This document shows, piece after piece, positions 53,525 through 64,000 of a stretch of 64,000 bases of DNA (positions are counted from its first letter, which is position 1; each line of letters starts with the position of its first letter). Location: assembly GCA_964016885.1 (NCBI GenBank), contig OZ024741.1:220782001-220846000 (forward strand). The letters are read 5' to 3'. The position numbers and the translations under genes are program-made. This DNA is from Eledone cirrhosa (taxonomy: Eukaryota). Under the pieces are notes generated by a model, which was not told where the DNA came from, did no database searches, and saw nothing but the letters and a program-made list of their open reading frames with translations.

Positions 53525-53587
53525 TATTTTATCTGATGAGAGCGTACCAAAGTTTTTTGGTACCCTTGAAATATATATAATAAAATA
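53525..53587 (+). ncRNA. Type I hammerhead ribozyme (family E)
   Basis: TATTTTAT-CTGATGA-[GAGCGTACCAAA..TTTGGTACCCTT]-GAAA-TATATA-TA-ATAAAATA. Perfect 8-bp stem I. Confidence 0.85.
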
Positions 53588-53866
53588 AATGTGGTTTTAT
53601 AAATATAGTTTCCATTTATTAATATCATTGATATTATACTCCAGCAAACCTGTACAGTGCTTCGAATCTGTTATAATAAATCATTTTGTTGAATTACCAG
53701 CAAATTAAATATCTCTTTGCTTATATATATATATATACATAGAGAGGGAAAGATAGGTAGCATCCCGACCACGGCACCAAATGGTCGGTATTTTAACTAT
53801 CTCTATGCCTACTCTACATCATTCCATGCATTGAGTACTACCATGATTATTGTCCTTCCCGGTCCC

Positions 53867-53897
<31 letters not shown>

Positions 53898-53911
53898 TAC
53901 ATATATAAATA

Positions 53912-53964
<53 letters not shown>

Positions 53965-53966
<2 letters not shown>

Positions 53967-54500
53967 CGGAGGAAATGTGGTAAGGAACCAGGTGGACCAT
54001 AACGCACCAAAGTACTCAATACTTAGGGTAGTAGAGTGGGTAATAGGAACGAGTAGGACCCCGACGGCTGAGCTCAAGCTGTTTCGACGGCTAATTCTGG
54101 ACTAAATGAAAATTTTTATCCTGGTATTTGAATAGCCGAGCTTCTCAAGGGGTAATTCCATATATGGTAAAAGTGATTGTCACAAGGATTGGTAAAAAGT
54201 TTGTTGTTGAGACATAATAATTCTATCATGGCAATTTGTGGAGGGAGGGGGTAGCTGAACCTGCCAGTAGATGAAGGTGGGAGAGGGGGTGGAGGAGACC
54301 CAGTCATGCGTTGATAGTGCCAACTTCAGCTGGGCAGAGGTCAAAGAAGATACTAGGGAGGGGGGGAAGTATCACTTTTACCATATATGGAATTACCCCT
54401 TGAGAAGCTCGGCTATTCAAATACCAGGATAAAAATTTTCATTTAGTCCAGAATTAGCCGTCGAAACGGCTTGAGCTCAGCTGTCGGGGTCCTACTCGTT

Positions 54501-54505
<5 letters not shown>
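53965..54505. mobile_element. Family A fold-back PLE terminus, longest copy, with two hammerheads (54058-54153 -, 54395-54490 +)
   Basis: ~135-bp arms (54043-54177 vs 54371-54505). Core ACCCC-TTGAGAA-G...GAAA...GTC-GGGGT. Confidence 0.85.
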
Positions 54506-54544
<39 letters not shown>

Positions 54545-54550
<6 letters not shown>

Positions 54551-54827
54551 AAATATGTTTTGAAACAGTGAGCAGGTTTGAAATTAAAAAAATAGAATAG
54601 CTTTCACCGTATTTTCTTTACTAAAGAAATGTTAGTCTGATAATGGGGTTTAGAACCCTCAGATAAATGGAAAAAGATGAGTATTGTACGTCAATACTCA
54701 TCTTTTTCCATTTATCTGAGGGTTCTAAACCCCATTATCAGACTAACATTTCTTTAGTAAAGAAAATACGGTGAAAGCTATTCTATTTTTTTAATTTCAA
54801 ACCTGCTCACTGTTTCAAAACATATTT

Positions 54828-54833
<6 letters not shown>
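54545..54833. mobile_element. Family D near-perfect ~290-bp palindrome in (TA)n
   Basis: Arms appear identical by eye around the centre gagtattg-tacgt-caatactc. Confidence 0.88.
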
Positions 54834-54867
<34 letters not shown>

Positions 54868-55026
54868 GAGAAAGAGTTATATATTATTGGGGGCAGATGT
54901 AGGAGTTGTGGTGGATATATGATAGGTCTCTGACATTGGATTAACGTTCCAATGTCAATCGATAATGTATATATATATATATATATTCATGTATGCGTGT
55001 TTCTGTGTATGTATAATGTATGTATG

Positions 55027-55115
<89 letters not shown>

Positions 55116-55209
55116 GTACGTATATTAAAAGAAAAAAATAAGCCTGCCGCGTCTGAACTTGACATATGAGACGCAGAAATCAAAACATAATAACTCTATA
55201 CAGTTACTC

Positions 55210-57310
55210 CATTCCCTTCCATCCCCTTCGCTTCCCTTCCCTTACCATTTCAACTTCTTCCATCCCCATCCCTTCCCTACCATCGCAACCTCTTCCCTTC
55301 CCCTCCTTACCATTCCATCCCCTTCCCCACCATTCCAACATCTTCCCTTCTTTACCATCTCCTCCCCTTCCCTTCCTTACCATTCCCTTCCTTACCATTC
55401 CAACATCTTCCTTTCCTTACCATTCCAACCTCTTCCCTTCCTTACCATCCCCTTCCCTTCCCTACCATTCCAACCTCATCCCTTCCTTACCATCCTCTTC
55501 CCTTCCTTACCATTCCAACATCTTCCCTTCCTTACCATTCCAACATCTTCTCTTCCTTACCATTCCAGCCTCTTCCCTTCCTTACCATCCCCTTCCCTTC
55601 CCTACCATACCAACCTCATCCCTTCCTTACCATCCCCTCCCCTTCCTTACCATTCCAACCACTTCCCTTCCTTACCATTCCAACATCTTCTCTTCCTTAC
55701 CATCCCAACCTCTTCCCTTCCTTACCAGCCCCTCCCCTTCCTTACCATTCCAGCCTCTTCCCTTCCTTACCATTCCAGCCTCTTCCCTTCCTTACCATTC
55801 CAGCCTCTTCCCTTCCTTACCATCCCCTTCCCTTCCCTACCATTCCAACCTCATCCCTTCCTTACCATCCTCTTCCCTTCCTTACCATTCCAACCTCTTC
55901 CCTTCCTTACCATTCCAACATCTTCCCTTCCTTACCATTCCAACATCTTCTCTTCCTTACCATTCCAGCCTCTTCCCTTCCTTACCATCCCCTTCCCTTC
56001 CCTACCATACCAACCTCATCCCTTCCTTACCATCCCCTCCCCTTCCTTACCATTCCAACCACTTCCCTTCCTTACCATTCCAACATCTTCTCTTCCTTAC
56101 CATCCCAACCTCTTCCCTTCCTTACCAGCCCCTCCCCTTCCTTACCATTCCAGCCTCTTCCCTTCCTTACCATTCCAGCCTCTTCCCTTCCTTACCATTC
56201 CAGCCTCTTCCCTTCCTTACCATCCCCTTCCCTTCCCTACCATTCCAACCTCATCCCTTCCTTACCATCCTCTTCCCTTCCTTACCATTCCAACCTCTTC
56301 CCTTCCTTACCATTCCAACATCTTCTCTTCCTTACCATTCCAGCCTCTTCCCTTCCTTACCATCCCCTTCCCTTCCCTACCATACCAACCTCATCCCTTC
56401 CTTACCATCCCCTCCCCTTCCTTACCATTCCAACCACTTCCCTTCCTTACCATTCCAACATCTTCTCTTCCTTACCATCCCAACCTCTTCCCTTCCTTAC
56501 CAGCCCCTCCCCTTCCTTACCATTCCAGCCTCTTCCCTTCCTTACCATTCCAGCCTCTTCCCTTCCTTACCATCCCCTTCCCTTCCCTACCATTCCAACC
56601 TCATCCCTTCCTTACCATCCTCTTCCCTTCCTTACCATTCCAACCTCTTCCCTTCCTTACCATTCCAGCCTCTTCCCTTCCTTACCATTCCAACATCTTC
56701 TCTTCCTTACCATTCCAGCCTCTTCTCTTCCTTACCATTCCAGCCTCTTCCCTTCCTTACCATTCCAACATCTTCTCTTCCTTACCATTCCAGCCTCTTC
56801 CCTTCCTTACCATTCCAGCCTCTTCCCTTCCTTACCATTCCAGCCTCTTCCCTTCCTTACCATTCCAACATCTTCCCTTCCTTACCATTCCAACATCTTC
56901 CCTTCCTTACCATTCCAACATCTTCTCTTCCTTACCATTCCAGCCTCTTCCCTTCCTTACCATTCCAACCTCTTCCCTTCCTTACCATCCCATTCCCTCC
57001 TCTTTCTCACCATTCCAACCTCTTCCCTTCCCCACCATTCCAACCTCTTCCCTTCCCCACCATTCCAACCTCTTCCCTTCCCCACCATTCCAACCTCTTC
57101 CCTTCCCTACCATTCCATCCCCTTCCCCTCCCTACCATTCCGTCATCTTCCCTTCCCTACCATTCCATCCCCTTACCCTCCCCACCATTCCAACCTATTC
57201 CCTTCCCCACCATTCCAACCCCTTCCCCTCCCTACCATTCCGTCATCTTCCCTTCCCTTCCCACCATTCTCTTCCCCTCCCTACCATTCCAGCCGCCTCC
57301 CAACCATTCC
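55210..57310. repeat. Pyrimidine-rich ~25/20-bp minisatellite with a ~375-400-bp higher-order repeat
   Basis: Unit ccttccttaccattccaacctcttc. The rare variant cctaccataccaacc recurs at 55601, 56001 and 56376. Confidence 0.92.
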
Positions 57311-57629
57311 GTCCACCACCATTCAGCCCTGCAAGCTATCAGTATCTCTCTGTTGACAGTTGGATCAATTACATATTAATATATAATATATACGTTCATC
57401 ACAATCCCCTTACAAGTTCCACTTCTAACCTCGCCATTTAAAGAAAAAGAGAAAAATATAAACGATGGATGTACAAAATACAGTTACTTACATACTTATT
57501 TCTTTTTCTTTTATCTCTCCCCCCCCCCTCTCTATATCTCTTTCTCTCTCTTTCTTTCGCTCTTTCTTTCGCTCTTTCTTTCTCTCTTCCCCTCTCTTCC
57601 CCTCTCTCCCCTCTCCCTCTATACACATA

Positions 57630-57676
<47 letters not shown>

Positions 57677-57788
57677 TAATATACATATTTATATATGTAG
57701 GAATATATAAATAAGTATATGTATATATATATGATATACACATTTATATATATATAGATATATAATATACACATTTATATATATATAG

Positions 57789-57849
<61 letters not shown>

Positions 57850-57853
<4 letters not shown>

Positions 57854-58259
57854 GGAGGTGAGTTTTATTGTAGTACAATAAAGCAATGCAGATATCGGAT
57901 AAGAAGCACTCTACAGTTTGTAGGACTGGAGTATACATAATATAAGATCAAAAGATGGTTAAAGGAGTTCCATGTATTTTATTATGCGCATTTCAAAAAC
58001 AAACATCATCATGCAATAATATTTGTGTTTTCATCAGATAAAACAGGAGAACATGATATGAAGGCTAAAAAACACTTGTGGATAGTGCAGTTTAAAGATA
58101 TGTTGATTTAAAACTGCACTATCCACAAGTGTTTTTTAGCCTTCATATCATGTTCTCCTGTTTTATCTGATGAAAACACAAATATTATTGCATGATGATG
58201 TTTGTTTTTGAAATGCGCATAATAAAATACATGGAACTCCTTTAACCATCTTTTGATCT

Positions 58260-58265
<6 letters not shown>
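57850..58265. mobile_element. Family C fold-back PLE terminus with two intact hammerheads (57977-58043 -, 58161-58227 +)
   Basis: ~160-bp arms plus a tail, flanked by (TA)n. Confidence 0.88.
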
Positions 58266-58357
<92 letters not shown>

Positions 58358-58360
58358 TTA

Positions 58361-61520
<3,160 letters not shown>

Positions 61521-61839
61521 AGGAATATATATATAGGAATATATATATATAATCATTTATTTACTGTTGGTTTCTGTGTTATTCAATTCTATTTATCTCC
61601 TTAAGAAATTATCGAGTTGTTTATTATCTCATTACCTTAGTCGAGTGCATGTCACTCTCCATCTACAAACATTCAGTCACGTGGTTCATATAAAACCTAT
61701 CTCTCTCTTTCATGTTCCCTATACATAGTTCTAGGTTGTACGGAGGCTGAGAACTGACAGAGTCGTTTGAGCGTCAGATAGAATGTTTTGTACTCTGGAT
61801 TGAAGTCACGCTGGGTTCACATATATTGGAAATTGTAGG

Positions 61840-61923
61840 GAGAAGAGTGTGGACCTATGAAGGTGGAGGGAGTGGACTAGTGAGGGAGGGAGAAGAGAGG
61901 TGAGTGGACTAATGAGGGAGGGG

Positions 61924-61959
<36 letters not shown>

Positions 61960-62466
61960 TCAGTGAGGGAGCGAGTAGAGAGGGAGCGACAGGAGTGGAC
62001 CAGTGAGGGAGGGGGGTAGTGAGGTGAGTGGACCAATGAGAGAGGGAGTAGAGAGAGAGGAGAAATGACGGAGGAAGAGAGAGTGGACCAATAAGGGAGG
62101 GAGTATCACAGTATCTGCTAGTAACTGGAATAAATCAATGAGAGAGAGGTAGTGGACCAATGAGGGAGGGGGAGAGAGAGAGGTTGAACAATGAGAGAGA
62201 GGTAGTGGACCAATGAGGGGGTAAGAGAGAGAGAGAGAGCGAGAGGTAGTAGACCAATAAGAGAGGAAGTATAACAGTATCTGCTAGTAGAATAAATCAA
62301 TGAGAGAGAGAGTTGACCAATGAGGGAGGAAGTAGAGAGAGGGAGGTAGTGGACCAATGAGGGGGAAGTGAGAGATAGTGGACCAATAAGGGAGGGAGTG
62401 AGAGAGATAGTGGTTCAATAAGGGAGGGAGTATCTCAGTATCTGCTAGTGGAATAAATCAATGAGA
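61840..62466. repeat. Purine-rich degenerate tandem repeat (gtggaccaatgagggag motif)
   Basis: The motif recurs more than 10 times, separated by (GA)n. Confidence 0.85.
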
Positions 62467-62557
62467 TATTGTAATAATTACTGATTCCAGAAATACTGAG
62501 ACTTGATTACAAATATTGAACCTACTGGAAAATCAATGTTATAATAGTGGTTATATA

Positions 62558-63180
62558 GTGGTAGGGTGGTGGTGGTGGTGGTGGTGGTGGTGGTGGTGGT
62601 GGTGGTGGTGGTGGTGGTGGGGTAGTGGTGGTGGTGGTGGTCTAATGGTGGTGGTGGTGGTGGTGGTGGTGGTGTAGTGGTGGTGGTGGTGGTAATGGTA
62701 GTGGTAGTGGTGGTGGTGTAGTGGTGGTGGTGGTGGTGGTGGTGGTGGTGGTGGTGGTGGTGTAATGGTGGTGTTGGTGGTGGTGGTGGTGTAGTGGTGG
62801 TGGTGGTGGTGGTGGTAATGGTAGTGGTAGTGGTAGTGGTGGTGGTGGTGGTGGTGGTGTAGTGGTGGTGGTGGTAGTGGTGGTGGTAGTGGTAGTGGTA
62901 GTGGTAGTGGTGGTGGTGGTGGTATACTGTGATGTAAAGGTGGAGATGCTGGTGTATTGTGGTATAGCTGTGGTGGTGGTGGTGGTGGTGGTGGTGTATG
63001 CACTGATATAGTGATGGTGGTGGTGGTAGTGTATACACTGAAAGGGTGGAGGTGGTATACACTGATATAGTGTTGATGGTGGTGTATACATTGACATAGA
63101 GGTGGTGGTATACCGTGGTATATTGGAGGTGGTGGTATACTGTGGTATATTGGAGGTGGTTGTGATGTTGGGTAAGGTGG
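62558..63180. repeat. (GGT)n/(AGTGGT)n repeat
   Basis: Seen directly. Confidence 0.9.
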
Positions 63181-63480
63181 AGATTCATAATTAAATATAG
63201 GTGTATGTATGTCTGTGTGTGTACATGTTTGTCTATATGTGTTCGTGTCAGTGTGTGTGCGTGTGTGTGTGTGTATGTATGCCTGTGTCTGTCTGCATGT
63301 GTGTGTCCGTGTGGGCTTCTGTCTGAGTACGTTCGTGCTTTTTGTGTATGTGTGTCTTTGAATCTAAGTGTTTCTGCAGACATTATTGTTCATATAAATA
63401 TGTATAATTACAACATACACACAGAAACGAACATGAATACATATATATACACATGCGGGCGCGCACACACATACGCACGC

Positions 63481-63519
<39 letters not shown>

Positions 63520-63520
<1 letters not shown>

Positions 63521-63632
63521 TAGCGTTTTTACGTCCTCTTTTCCATGCTAGCATGGGTTGGAGGGTCCTCTTCAGCATAGCATCGTTTCAGTTTTCGCGT
63601 TCATTCGTCATCTCCTCTCTGAGCTTCAACAA
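63520..63632 (-). mobile_element. RTE-like LINE extreme 3' end
   Basis: Minus strand LKLREEMTNEREN*NDAMLKRT, then ccaacccatgctagcatggaaaagaggacgtaaaaacg, the same tail as the SINE at 28130-28510. Confidence 0.55.
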
Positions 63633-64000
63633 TAGAAGAGGGCTTATGAACACATACCTGTTCATTGAATTCCTCACTGAATTCCTTTACTACCGTCTCT
63701 TTACTAACAGCTCCACTTTACATAGCATGCACTGCTCACACAAACCATTATTCAACCCTAATTTTTTAAGGACAGCCAGATGACAGCTAGAAATAGCTGT
63801 TAAAGTGTTTTTCTAGATCAACAAAATTTTAATATAGTGGCTTAATTTTGGCCAAGAAATTCTCTTGTAGTTATCTCACTACAAAGATGGCGTGTGCATA
63901 CTTCTCTGAGACAGAAAACTGAACTACATCTCACTTAATTTGACTCATTTTCTAATAAGATGGGCTGTAACCGCCACTTTTACAACTTGGTCCATTAATT

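Larger units (their letters stand above)
50606..53722 (-). mobile_element. Family E Naiad-type Penelope-like element, 5'-truncated within RT, with an inverted pLTR at 53341-53722
   Basis: Coding remnants at 53340 to 51932. 53341-53549 is the reverse complement of ~50661-50866. Flanked by (TA)n. Confidence 0.88.

Noticed and set aside
54545-54833. Family D, A and C palindromes as DNA-transposon MITEs with TA TSDs
   Set aside because: Arms are usually asymmetric, with a tail on one side and variable inversion centres, and related families link to PLE coding sequence. Not fully excluded for family D.
55159-57441. 760-aa and 737-aa Pro/Leu/Ser ORFs
   Set aside because: A minisatellite lacking stop codons in two frames.

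Overview
Eukaryotic, AT-rich and almost entirely repetitive. The source is most likely an octopod cephalopod, inferred from many copies of an Octopus OK-type tRNA-derived SINE and the very dense (TA)n, (CA)n and (TACA)n microsatellites. I could not support any host protein-coding exon; nearly all listed ORFs are translations of simple repeats. Retroelements: the 3' end of an R4/Dong-type RLE element (1-1423), a near-full-length CR1/L2-group LINE with an ORF2 frameshift and a disrupted ORF1 (20127-24808), RTE, CRE and CR1 fragments, and SINEs. DNA elements: Tc1/mariner and pogo MITEs. Several minisatellites are also present. The dominant hidden structure is at least 10 families of Penelope-like elements (my labels A-K). 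Wherever coding sequence survives it is Naiad-type RT or GIY-YIG. They sit mostly in (TA)n tracts as fold-back (inverted) insertions, and most carry a type I hammerhead ribozyme. I read about 20 hammerhead motifs by eye, including recurrent non-canonical cores (UUGANAA, a U3-A8 covariant pair, and CCGAUGA). One fold-back family (D) shows no hammerhead. It instead carries a complete tRNA-like cloverleaf followed by a T-run, and two of its copies fold back at the 3' edge of that cloverleaf. All structures were read manually and need computational confirmation.
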